DNA from: Octopus vulgaris
Lineage: Eukaryota
Direction: 5' to 3'
Assembly: GCA_951406725.2 (NCBI GenBank)
Contig: OX597814.1
Location: 143,282,001 to 143,346,000 of the forward strand
DNA length: 64,000 bases
Shown: positions 13,400-26,244 of the stretch, one piece after another
Numbering within the stretch: the first letter of the stretch is position 1
How the letters are laid out: each line of letters opens with the position of its first letter
The notes under the pieces: model-generated
Told to the model about the DNA's origin: nothing
The model's input: only the letters and a program-made list of their open reading frames with translations
The model's database searches: none
Position numbers and translations under genes: made by a program

Positions 13400-14520
13400 T
13401 CACGCCCCGCCTAGGAGGACAATTCTTCGTTACACAGGAACAGGAGATAGCTGCTAAATACTCGATCAATTAAGGAGATAAGATTGCCTTGAAATATAAA
13501 TATGATAGAAAATGCCGATTGTATCGTACCACTGTTGAAGATATCACGTACATCATCAGTAGCCGTTTAAAAATGCTCACTAGACGTTATCTTCTTAAGA
13601 GATATCACATTGTTTCTCAAACTAGTCAGAATGCATTCCGGAGAAAATTGTCCAGACAGTTATGCAAAAACGTCATCAGAACCTAGATATATCCAGGCCT
13701 TTAAAAGTAATGAACACTGGTAAATCATTCAAAAAAAGAAAAAAACTGGAATATGGTGAAAACATGAAGGACCTGATATTGATCTACTGGACGGGGAACA
13801 AAAATCATGTCCAAGCGCAGCGATCAGCTGCACAGCAGATATGCTTGCTTCGTCTAAGATTGTGAAAAGAGAGTAGATCTATTTATAAAGGACTAACAGT
13901 ATCGCCCGGAGTTGCTCGGGTTTGTTTCGACCCTTTAGAATTGGAATTTTTGAAAAGTAAAAATTTTGCATTATGTAGCTTGTTATTCTCTTTAAGTGAA
14001 CATTTTTCTGGTTGAAATGGCGACATAGCAGTAAATAAATCGTTAAAAATAGTGATTTTCATAGAAAAAAAAGCACCTTTTTGATATAAATAATTTTTGG
14101 TTTTAACATGGTCCGATTTGAATGTTTTCTTCTACAGAAGGAAGAGCAAGTCTTCTTCTATCATACTCTCAATTTTGGTCAACTTGCGCCGCAGGGTCTC
14201 GGAGGAGATAGTGTTGGTTGAAGGCTACCAAACCTGCCATACACAGACAACTTCAGCTTTATATATATAGAGAGAGATTTATAACTCTGGTATCTAAGTT
14301 CTAGACTCTCATTTTTTACGTATTACGATATGCAGTGTGAATTATTTCATAACAGATTTAATTAGAGGCTGGAAATGCTGGGATTTTCCAAGAACAAAAA
14401 AAAAAAAAAAAAAAGAAAAATAACTTGCGGCATCCAAATCCAATCGATTCCTATCACAACGAATATTTGTAGAAGACTCAAAATATTCATCATTGGATTT
14501 TTCTTAAATGATCATGCGCA
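13400..14520 (+). mobile_element. Second, more decayed R4-like LINE 3' fragment, interrupted by a Helitron
   Basis: FFVTQEQEIAAKY (13422), CRLYRTTVEDITYII (ORF 13489-13686) and a PDI-like endonuclease motif near 13770, all homologous to the 23.2-24.1 kb fragment. Confidence 0.7.
13893..14277 (-). mobile_element. Non-autonomous Helitron (second family with the same 3' terminus)
   Basis: Same 3' hairpin as the 28307 element (terminal CTAG mutated to TTAG) and a 5' TC(tc..tatatatataaag) end. The body differs from 28307 but matches 57098-57491. Confidence 0.8.
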
Positions 14521-14885
14521 GTCACATAGATACATATAGCAAGCGCAAATATTAAATGTAATTACGCAGTCTGGAACGAAAAAGACATATGCTTATTACA
14601 TAAGGACAAGATTATTTACACGCACACACACACATACACGCACACACGCACACACACTTACACACACACACACATACACACACATACACACACACACACG
14701 CACATTAACACATATTCACGAATTAGAGGAGGTTCTTGACTCAAACGAAACAAAAAACGCAGTCACCTTGTTAGCGACTTCAATTCTACGAAGAGCAATT
14801 TAAACGACGTAGAAAAACATATACATATATGTATATAAATACGTACACCGTATATCCAAACATATACGTATCCGTATATATATAT

Positions 14886-15106
14886 ACTCTTTTACTCTTT
14901 TACTTGTTTCAGTCATTTGGCTGTGGCCATGCTGGAGCACCGCCTTTAGTCGAGCAAATCGACTCCAGGACTTATTCTTTGCAAGCCTAGTACTTATTCT
15001 ATCGGTCTCTTTTGCCGAACCACTAAGTTACGGGGAGGTAAACACACCAGCATCGGTTGTCAAGCGATGTTGGCGGGGGGACAAACACGGACACACATAT
15101 ACACAC

Positions 15107-15172
<66 letters not shown>

Positions 15173-15335
15173 GACGGGCTTCTTTCAGTTTCCGTCTACC
15201 AAATCCACTCACAAGGCTTTGGTCGGCCCGAGGCTATAGTAGAAGACACTCGGCCCAAGGTGCCACGCAGTTGAACTGAACCCGGAAGCATGTGGTTCCT
15301 AAGCAAGTTACTTACCACAAAGCCACTCATACGCT
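14886..15335 (-). mobile_element. SINE family B (tRNA head, CORE-like accttgggcaagt segment, internal TA/CA microsatellite)
   Basis: Minus strand has an A-box-like tggc..gtggtaag, B-box gggttcagt, body gtgagtggatttggtagacggaaactgaaagaagcccgtcg, an internal (TA)n(TG)n tract and tail gactgaaacaagtaaaagag. Confidence 0.88.
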
Positions 15336-16036
15336 TTTATATACACAAACATACATATGTACATGCATATATATATACACACACACATATATGTATATGT
15401 AAATACAATATGTATGTTTATCAATCTGTGTATCTACACATACACACACACATGCTTATCTAATGCTACGTGTACCGTTATATGTGGCATTGCCTGGTGG
15501 TAGAGACTATCGATCTGTAACCATGTTTTCTGAGGTCCATTACACTGCGAGGCAAATGACATTTTTTGGCAACATGGGCTTGACCAATTCCTAGTCGGTC
15601 GAATTTTGGAAGATTGGTTCATGGAAATGGTAAGGAAGTTCTCTAGACGAACCACTCCAGTGGGATAGATTGAACTGCGGAGAAGGTAAAGTCAAACGAC
15701 CTCTGCATCGAGCGAAATAAAGATGGCTGATATTACACAAGGTCACTAGATATCAAAATAATAATTCGATGGCGTTTCTTTTATAATGTTATATGTGTAT
15801 GTGTGTGTGTGCTATATTTTATTAGACTGTGATTGTTTACTGAAATAGTTTTACAAACTCTATAAGAAACATCGGCTAGATTATATCCATCCACCCGCCT
15901 CTTTCTCGCTCTCTCTCTATCTATCTATCTGTCTGTCTATCTGCCTGCTTCTCTATATGTGTATGTATGTATGTATGCATGTATGTGTCTATTTTTGTAT
16001 GTGTATATCTTCTAGCGTGTACTGTATCAAAAATTA

Positions 16037-16273
16037 CCTATTTCTTTACTACTCAAAAGGGGCTAAACACAGAGAAGACAAACAAGGAGAGACAAACGGT
16101 TTAAGTCGATTATATCAACCCCAGTGCGCAACTGGTACTTAATTTATCGACCCCGAAAGGATGAAAGACAAAGTCGACCTCGGCGGGATTTGAACTCAGA
16201 ACGTAACGGCAGACGAAATATGGCTACGCATTTCGCCCGGCGTGCTAACGATTCTGCCAGCTCGCCGCCTTAT
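16037..16273 (-). mobile_element. SINE A, full length with 17-bp TSD
   Basis: TSD tactgtatcaaaaatta at 16020-16036 and 16274-16290. Confidence 0.92.
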
Positions 16274-16522
16274 TACTGTATCAAAAATTAAATCCTTTTC
16301 TGCCATATGCACAAGGCCTGAAATTCTGGAGAAAGAGGATAGCCGATAACATCGACTCCAGTACTCAACTGGTACTCATTTGATCGACCTGACAGGACAA
16401 AGGCAAATTCGACCCGGGCGAATATTTGTAGAAGACTCAAAATATTCATCATTGGATTTTTCTTAAATGATCATGCGCAGTCACATAGATACACGAGCGT
16501 GTTTCTGTGTAGAAAAGCTATG

Positions 16523-16567
<45 letters not shown>

Positions 16568-16574
16568 TCTTACT

Positions 16575-16779
16575 CTTTTTCCTCATTTATTTGTTTCAGT
16601 CATTTGACTGCGGCATGCTGGAGCACCGTCTTTAGTCGAGCAAATCAACCCCAGGACTTATTCTTTGTAAGCCGTGTACTTATTCTATCGGTCTCTTTTG
16701 CCGAACCGCTAAGTTACGGGAATGTAAACACACCAGCATCGGTTATCAAGCGATGTTGGGGGGGGGGGGCAAACACATA

Positions 16780-16818
<39 letters not shown>

Positions 16819-17422
16819 ATAAACATATATATACGACGGTCTTATTTCAGTTTCCGTCTACCAAATCCACTCACAAGGCTTTGGTCGGCCCGAGGCTATA
16901 GTAGAAGACACTTGCCCAAGGTGTCACGTAGTAGGACTGAACCCGAAACCATGTAGTTGGTAAGCAAGCTACTTACCACATATCCACTATATATATATAT
17001 ATATATATATGTTTTGTATGTATCTTTTAAACCTTTACATGTTTTCGTCATAAGACTGAGGCCATACTACAGCACCGACTCCAAGAATGTTTAGTCGAAA
17101 GAATCACCCCAGTACATTTTTAACGCCTATCGATCGCTTTTGCCGAACCGTAAACTCACCAACACCAGTTGTGAGATGGTTGTGGGAAACAAATACAGAC
17201 ACACTGACACACACACACATACACACACAGAAACATTCGCACGCATACACACAGACACACACATACACATGCACACACGTACGATGGGCTTCTTTCAGTT
17301 TCCGCGAAACACACCCATTCACGAGGCTATAGCAGAAGACACTCAAGGAACTATGCCGTGGGAGTAAACCCAGAATCATGTGGTTGGGAAGCAAGCTTCT
17401 TACCTCACGGCCAAGCCTGCGC
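16575..17422 (-). mobile_element. Two adjacent SINE B copies
   Basis: Consensus matches at about 16575-16990 and 17030-17422. Confidence 0.85.
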
Positions 17423-17467
17423 TTATATGTGTATATACACACACACACGCGCACACACACACGCGCG

Positions 17468-17534
<67 letters not shown>

Positions 17535-18105
17535 ACACACACACAAGCACTTATGTAAGGTCTCCGAGACAAATTTGAGAAGGTGAAATGAGAATGGTTG
17601 CCGGGAGCAGAAGACCTTCGAAATTTGGAAGGTGTTGAGAGTTAATTATGTTTTTCTTATGGGAGAACCTTGGTAGATAGTCAGTGGACCTTTCGTGGCC
17701 CTCCGGCTTCAAGCCGATGTATCGACCGAACATTCACTCGCTTAAGTCTGTTATGTATGTATGTATGTATGTAGGTAGGTAGGTATGTACGAACGGGTGT
17801 ATATATGTATGAATATATGTACGAATGTATGTATGTATATATGTACGAACGTATGTATGTATATGTATTTACAAATGTATGCATGTGTGTATGTATGAGT
17901 GTGTGTGTGCGTGTGTGTATATGTATGCATGTACGTATTGCGTCTGCATATGCGTGAATATTTTTCCGTTTCTGTCTTCGGACATTCATCTATAGTCGAT
18001 AATAAACGTCGAATAAGCAATGATGTATGTGTAAACATGCATGCACAAATGTACGTATGTATGAATGTATAAATGCATGCATATATGTACGTATCAATCT
18101 ACACA

Positions 18106-18169
<64 letters not shown>

Positions 18170-18258
18170 TATATGCACGAATACATGTGTGTGTGTGCGT
18201 ATGTATAATGTTTGTACGTCTCATGTTGTACATATATGTACTACTTAAGAAGAGTGAT

Positions 18259-18492
18259 CCCGGTGCGCGCACTCGCGTACTCGTGTACTCGCGCATCCGC
18301 GCTAGCTAGTCGTGACTAGTCGATCCTACAACGACTACCTAGCAAAGTAAATAAAACACAAAATAGATAAATTTTTTTTACCCAAAGTAAATAATTTTTT
18401 TAAAACAAAGTAAATAAAACAAAAATACAAAGTAAGGGTCGACTTGTCACGACCAGCTAGCGCGGAAGCGTGAGCACGCGAGTGCGACACCG
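18259..18492. mobile_element. GC-rich MITE with ~60-bp imperfect TIRs, TTAA-associated (piggyBac-like)
   Basis: ccggtg..gcactcgcg..ccgcgctagct.gtcgtgac.agtcga at both ends in inverted orientation, A-rich middle, TTAA directly after the right end. Confidence 0.7.
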
Positions 18493-18536
18493 GTTAAGTA
18501 GTACCACATATATATATGTACCACTCTTCTTAAGAC

Positions 18537-18585
<49 letters not shown>

Positions 18586-18778
18586 TATATACATATGTAT
18601 GTGGTATATATATATGTATGTGTGTATATGTATAATAAACCGGCAAATATAATGATAAATAAAGAATCGGCGAAACCAGGGAGAGGTGTATATATTTTGG
18701 TAGAAAGAGAATATATGAATGCTCGTCGGACGCACCGGCTGAATTTAGTCTTTTGGATAGACTGAATTCAGGGTTAAG

Positions 18779-18830
<52 letters not shown>

Positions 18831-18862
18831 TTACATATAACTACATATACATATATACGTAC

Positions 18863-18905
<43 letters not shown>

Positions 18906-19021
18906 GTATGCATGACTGTAATGGTTCGTTTGTTTATCCGTAGGTTTGTTTTTATGCAGGTATTGACGTACAGATTTCTACAAACACAAATACGAACCTT
19001 GAATCGTTATAAACAGAAGCG

Positions 19022-19049
19022 CGTATGTATGAGCGTATGTATGTATGTA

Positions 19050-19080
<31 letters not shown>

Positions 19081-19400
19081 ATGTATGTGTGTGTGTATGT
19101 ATGTATGTATGTATGTGTGTGTATGTGTGTATGTATGTATGCATGTATGTATGTATGTATGTATGTATGTACGTATGCATGTATGTATGTATGTATGTAT
19201 GTATGTGTGTATGTATGTATGTATGTATGTATGTATGTATGTGTGTGTATGTATGTATGTATGTATGTATGTATGTATGTGTGTGTGTATGTATGTATGT
19301 ATGTATGTATGTACGTATGTATGTATGTATGTATGCATGAATGTGTATATAGGTATGTATGTATATAGGTATGTATGTATAATATGTATGTATAATATAT
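19022..19400. repeat. Compound (TATG)n/(TG)n microsatellite
   Basis: Direct reading. Similar tracts at 416-571, 20838-21016, 21537-21606 and 43421-43520. Confidence 0.95.
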
Positions 19401-19640
19401 ATTCATACTTGCCTCTGTGTGTATTATTCATCTTGTACATCTTCTATACTCTGTTACATATACAAAGCACATTCGCAAATATCACAAACACACACACACG
19501 TATATATGTATGTATAGTATAGATGTTTTAGATGTGTTTTTATTTAAGAAAAATTTACTGATAAAGAACTCAAGACGTAAAACACAATTTCATAAATATA
19601 CATACGTATATAAGTACATACATACATATATACATACATA

Positions 19641-19697
<57 letters not shown>

Positions 19698-19907
19698 GCA
19701 TGTATAAAAGTACGTACATACATACATACATATTTACATAATACACACACAGACACATACATATATATATATATAAGTATATACATACAAGTGTTTTTGC
19801 ATTAGTATGCGCGTGTATATCTGTATACATACATATATGTATGTGCATGTGTGAATGTATGTATGTATGTATGTGTGTAGGTATATATATATATATATAT
19901 ATATATA

Positions 19908-20112
19908 TCTTTTACTCTTTTACTTGTTTCAGTCATTTGACTGCGGCCATGCTGGAGCACCGTCTTTAGTCGAGCAAATCGACCCCGGGACTTATTCACT
20001 GTAAGCCCAGTACTTATTCTATCGGTCTTTTTTGCCGAACCGCTAAGTTACGGGGACGTAAACACACCAGCATCGGTTGTCAAGCAATGCTAAGGGGTCA
20101 AACACAGACACA

Positions 20113-20178
<66 letters not shown>

Positions 20179-20342
20179 CGACAGGCTTCTTTCAGTTTCC
20201 GTCTACCAAATCCACTCACAAGGCATTGGTCGGCCCGGTGCCATAGCAGAAGACACTTGCCCAAGTTGCCACGCAGTGGGACTGAACCCGGAACCAGGTG
20301 GTTGGTTAGCAAGCTACTTATCACACAGCCACTCCTGCGCCT
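19908..20342 (-). mobile_element. SINE B, full length
   Basis: From head ggcgcaggagtggctgtg (20342) to tail aaaagagtaaaaga (19908). Confidence 0.9.
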
Positions 20343-20564
20343 TACGTTATATAATTAGGGTTCAGTAAAATAATTTACTTTACCACACACCGAACTTTTA
20401 GAAATAGCAGCCAAAAAATCTTAGCTATTTCTTCTACTATAAGAAATAGCTGAACCCTAATTATATAACATAATGTTTTAAATTTACCGTAAATGGTCTT
20501 TTTACATACTGAACACTACTTGTTAAAATTAATTAATAATTAATTAATTTTACCCTTTTATTAT

Positions 20565-20651
<87 letters not shown>

Positions 20652-20833
20652 AAAAAGGAGATGTCGAACACGAGTGGTGATATATATAGGAAATGAAGAA
20701 ATATGCTGACAAATAATTGAAGTAATTTATATTTAATTAGGTGAAAGTTCTTTAGGTTATATTTGTTATATAACAATGCGCAACAAAAGAACTTTATATA
20801 AATATATATATATTTGTGCATTTTCTTCATTTC

Positions 20834-20880
<47 letters not shown>

Positions 20881-20927
20881 GTACGTACGTACGTATGTAT
20901 GTATATATGTATGTATGTGTGTGTAGG

Positions 20928-20961
<34 letters not shown>

Positions 20962-21532
20962 TGTATGTATGTATGTATGTATGTATGTATGTATGTATGT
21001 ATGTATGTATGTATGTGGAATCATGCATGCATGCATAGCGAATGAAAGACGAATGCACCCACGCACGTAATAACATGATTTAATATCTATTTAGCAATGA
21101 TTTCATATACTCGGGATTAAAAAAAAGAGAAAAAGAACCGAAAACACGTAGTGATGGTTCTGGGTAGAGGTAGAACGTTGTTAGATGGGATTTGAGTAGA
21201 GTGAAAACATATTATCAGGCTAAATAACTGAAAGGGGTGGTAGCGAGGGGGGGTGGGTATAGGTTAGGTAGAGTACTGCAGACTTGTTCTGGGCGATCTT
21301 AATTGCCTGCCTGTCAATCAACCTGATCGATAATAATGTCTGGGTCATACTGTCCTAAGCTATTTCGCACTTTTACCATAGCCGGCTCTGGTTCTTATAC
21401 AATACAACTCAGCTAATCTTTCGCATTTACCACATACGCAAAAATATATATGTACGTATTACACCGGCGCGGATAGATAGATAGATAGATTTATCATAGG
21501 TGTAGTAAATACATGTATAGATATATACACTC

Positions 21533-21565
<33 letters not shown>

Positions 21566-21762
21566 TGTATGTATGTATGTATGTATGTATGTATGTATGT
21601 ATGTATGATGTAAATGTGTATATGACTATACATGTATATATAAATACTTGTGTGTGTATGTTAATAGTATACGTGTGTGTATACATTAATATAACACATA
21701 CATACATACAGACATACATACATACAGACATACATACATACATATATATATCTATATTTATT

Positions 21763-22146
21763 TTTTTATTGTCCATAAGGGGCTACACATAGAGAGGACA
21801 AACAAGGACAGACAAAGGGATTAAGTCGATTACATCGACCCCAGTGCGTAACTGGTACTTAATTTATCGACCCCGAAAGCATGAAAGGCAAAGTCGACTT
21901 CGGCGGAATTTGAACTCGGAACGTAGCGGTAGACGGAAATACCTGTTTCTTTACTACCCACAAGCAGCTAATCACAGAGGAGACAAACAAGGACAGACAA
22001 ACGGATTAAGTCAATTTTATCGATCCCAGTGCGTAACTGGTACTTATTTAATCGACCCCGAAAGGATGAAAGGCTAAATCGACCTTGGCAGATTTTGAAC
22101 TCAGAACGCAGCGACAGACGAAATACTGCTAAGCATTTCGCCCGGT
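21763..22146 (-). mobile_element. SINE A dimer
   Basis: Two units joined at gacggaaatac|ctgtttctttactaccc (about 21941). Confidence 0.88.
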
Positions 22147-22243
22147 ATATATATAAATATATATGTGTGTGTGTGTATTCACATTTATGTGTTTACTCCG
22201 GTATATATATATATATAATACATATGTGTATGTAAATATAATG

Positions 22244-22285
<42 letters not shown>

Positions 22286-22837
22286 TGTGTGTGTGTTATA
22301 TGAATCATATTTGTTTTAGGTATTTGCGTCTGTCTCTCACACACACACACACACAAACATACGTAGACACACACACACACATACATACATACATAGACAC
22401 ACACATACACACACAGAAACACACACACACACACAAACACACACACCGACGCGTAAACGCACATTGTCTATTTGATAATGTTTGTAGTAACCATGGTTCC
22501 CGAAATATTCCTAAAAGGTATCGTTCGTCAAACTCTATTTCACCGTTTAATGACTTGAAATACATTACCAGCGAATTTTAAAAGACAAATCGCTTCAGGG
22601 CGTTACGTGGTTCCTGATGTCGAGTGTTTATTATTATACACCAGGTGAATCTACCTTAACGATCATGAGAGATTTGCATATGTCACAACATTGAAACAAT
22701 TTACTTATTCTGTTTTGAATTTCAGTCTTCTGTTCAGAATTTACGTGGAGTGTCGCACAATGTGGTATTTCTCTGTAAAACTGACACCCTAATAACTTTA
22801 ATTTGTATAATTTTTGTTTCTATTTTATTTATTTATT

Positions 22838-23063
22838 TATTTATTGCTTACATGAAGTTAAACATAGAGGGAACAAACAAGGATAGACAAACGGATTAAG
22901 TCGATTACACCGACTCCAGTGCGTAACTGGTACTTATTTAATCGATCCCGAAAGGATGAACGGCAAAGTCGACCTCGGCGGAATTTGAATTCAGAACGTA
23001 ACGGCAGACGTAATAGCGCTAAGGATTTTGCCCGGCATGCTAACGTTTCTTCCAGCTCGCCGC
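22838..23063 (-). mobile_element. SINE A
   Basis: Family consensus match. Confidence 0.85.
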
Positions 23064-23199
23064 TCTTTTTGTTTCTATTTTATAGCTGTGTCAGGGGAGG
23101 TCAGCTTTATGTTAACATCCGTTGGACAGCTAATTTCCACAACTGAATACAGTTTCTCTTCTTTATCCTAAATCATTATATCATGTATGTTGTGCTTAA

Positions 23200-24065
23200 A
23201 TTTTATTGAGGTCCCCACTGGTACATTCCACCAGTATTCCTTTTTATTATGAGAGACAATGGCTTCTACTATATTTTGGGTTCTTATTTCATTATAGAGT
23301 GTCCTAGCTACAACATCGTGTCTCAATGGTTAAAAAGAGACGATGAGCGATGGCTAGAAGTATATTGAGTTCTTCATAACCAGCTGATCTAGCCAGCGGG
23401 GCCTCATATCAGTGAGGGGGGCCGGTGCGCATTGATGCCGTCGAGAGGTAGGCCCCGAAACGGCGCGCATTCTCTCCTGATGACCCCATACACTTGCTAG
23501 CTTCCGATATACGGAGCTTTTAACTGGTAGCACTTGCATGTGCAAGTTGTTTGCAAGATATAATACCGTCATGACATTTTCGGACATCTGTATATGATGT
23601 GCGTGATATCTTCAGTATGAATTCCACAAAGTCTGCATCGGTTGTCACATTTTATGGCTTTTGCTGCATCTTTATCCCTTTTGCGCATCAGGCACTTGGT
23701 TGATATTTCCTGTTCCTGGATTACAAACGCATACCCTTCAAAGTGGAAGGTAGTAATCTGGCTATAGGTCCATGATAAACTGCTTTGATGATCGATGTTA
23801 CTATCATGACGGAGCTTTCTACTGACATATCCATGAATAGTCTTCTGCTTGAATAGGCTCATCCATTTATTTGATGATACATTGCAGTAGAGTCGAGCAA
23901 CTTCTTTCGGCATGTATTCTAGGTTATCCGACAAAAACTGTTGCTCAAGGAGCTGCCTTCCAAGTCTTATGATGTTATCAGCCTCATGTATGCAAACTTG
24001 GTCAAGAGATGCACTTCGACACTTGGTGGTTAGAAGATATTGCCCGAAGTGATATGATGCGACAT
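23200..24065 (-). mobile_element. R4/Dong-like (RLE-endonuclease) LINE fragment, interrupted by an insert at about 23333-23558
   Basis: ORF 23569-24069 has EGYAFVIQEQEIST and the CCHC knuckle CRLC..EDITHII..CPKMS. The reading resumes as PLRHDVVARTLYNEIR at 23329-23282 after the insert. Confidence 0.85.
23333..23558. other. Unique GC-rich structured insert with hammerhead-core motifs
   Basis: No similarity to other repeats in the window, multiple stems, and the LINE reading frame continues on either side. See findings. Confidence 0.7.
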
Positions 24066-24672
24066 TCAAAGGTATTTTGGATTGGTGTTAAGATTCTGCC
24101 GCCTTGTTTTCGTTTTAGCTAGAGGCAGTCTACGTCACTCTTTATGTGGGAATTATGCGTGCTTGTCCGTATTTTTCGGGTTCTCACGTATGTATGTATT
24201 TGTGTATGTATGTATCTCTCGCTGTCTCTGTCTTCATATATATATATATATATATATATTGGTTTCAACTTTTGGCACCAGGTCAGCAAGTTCAAGCGGA
24301 AAGGGTACGTCGATGACATAGACCCCACTGCCTTTCTTCCCTTTGGGATCGATAAAGTACCAGTGAAGTACTGGTATCGATGTAAACGTCTTACTCTTTT
24401 CCTTCAGAAAATTGCAAGCCTTAAACCCTTCAACGGACCGCGTCCTACTCAGGGGTATGTTGTGATATCGGTCACTTGTTCACTATGGAATCGGGTAACC
24501 GTCCTTTTTAAAAAAATATTTTTGCTGGGACACCGCCTTGAAGAATATTTTTGTCGAATAAATCGACCCCAATACTTTTTTTAAGCCTGGAGCTTATTCT
24601 CACGGACTTTTTTTGCCGATCTGTTAAGTTACAGGGACGCAAAAAGACCATCACTGATTGTCAAACGATGTC

Positions 24673-24708
<36 letters not shown>

Positions 24709-25834
24709 AACAATCAATGCGATTCTTTCAGTATCAAATCCATTCACAAGATTTTGGTTGACCCGAGGCAATAGTAGGAGAAACTTAGCCAAGGTGCTAC
24801 GAGTGGAACTGAACCCGAGTAAAACAAATATCACTGGTCCGGTCTTTTGGTGTCTTTTCTATTTCCCATTCCATTTTGAATATTATGTGTAAAATGATAA
24901 TCCGTATTTTTCTTCTCTTGTTTTTACTACTTCGGCATCCATGGCATCTATATCGGTGGCTTTAAGCATATTCATTCTTTGTATTGCCTTTCCATTTCGT
25001 CTATTATTATTGCTATCCGAGTATCTACATCAGATGGACTATCCAGGATTTCTGCCATTGCTTCTGTGTTGAATGTCGATTTAGTGTTAACATGTGCAAA
25101 ATGGTCTTTCTAGAATTGAAGTAGTTCGGTTGTGTTTGTATGTTACTTTAACTGTATGGTATAAGTATTTCTCCTCTTCCCCTACATTTCACTGACTGAC
25201 TTCTATTGTTCTCGCAATCAACTTCTAGAAGTTCTATTTTGTCTTTAGGTTCTTGTTTCTTTTGTACATTCACTGATGCTTTGACTATTTTGTATCGCTC
25301 GTCTTTCACAATATCGTTGGAGTTTTTCAACATTTTTCTTCTATTTTTCTGCCATTGTTCGCAGACTGTATTTCTGAAGGTAGGCCTGTCTAACACTTGC
25401 GTTCAAGTGCTTTCAAGCTGACGGCATCTTCTTATTGCTATGTTTGAGGTTTCTTTGAAAGACGCACACACTTACATTGTCTATTTCAACTGTCTCCAGC
25501 TATATTTTAAACTTTCAAGTTAGTCCTTTATCAGCAACTTCGTTCATGTCGCACAATTTTAACACCATTTGTATTTTACTTTGCTTTTCTGGTTTCATCT
25601 AAAATTTGATAAGAACAATAAGATTCAAACCTATCTCATCCGTTTGGTTTCAACTTGTCTTCAGTAACAAATAATATATTCTATCCGATTGCGGGTGTCG
25701 TTGTCGACTGAGACTAATGTTGCCTGTCTGTTCATTGAGTAGTAGAAAAAATGTATTTATTACACTGAACCATAATAGATCTAGCGACTTCAACAGGAAT
25801 GCATTTTGCAACAAAAGCCAATATGAGAGTTTCT

Positions 25835-26067
25835 TATTTCATTATTGCCCACAAGGAGCCAAACATAGAGGGGAAAAACAAGGACAGACAAAGGGATTAA
25901 GTCGATTACATCGATCCCAGTGCGTAACTGGTACTTAATTTATCGACCCTGAAAGGAGGAAAGGCAAAGTCTACCTCAGCGGAATTTGAACTCAGAACGT
26001 AGCGACAGACGAAAGATCGCTAAGCATTCCGCCCGGCGTGCTAACGTTTCTGGTAGCTCTCCGCCTT
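25835..26067 (-). mobile_element. SINE A, full length with 20-bp TSD
   Basis: TSD aagccaatatgagagtttct at 25815-25834 and 26068-26087. Confidence 0.92.
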
Positions 26068-26182
26068 AAGCCAATATGAGAGTTTCTCCCTTGGTATCTA
26101 CCACAGTATAGTTTGTTCTAACAGAATATCCATATTTAAGTGGGGATTAATATTACCTGCCAGTATTAATACTGCTTCTGAA

Positions 26183-26244
<62 letters not shown>

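Noticed and set aside
18753-19522. Long ORFs of YI/HT/CV/MYVC repeats (also 44409-45082 and many others)
   Set aside because: These are stop-free translations of di- and tetranucleotide microsatellites.
23340-23483. Insert as a box C/D snoRNA, U3 or 7SL fragment
   Set aside because: C-like boxes are imperfect, there is no terminal stem outside the boxes, and only about 10-nt resemblances to U3/7SL exist. Not supportable without an Rfam search.
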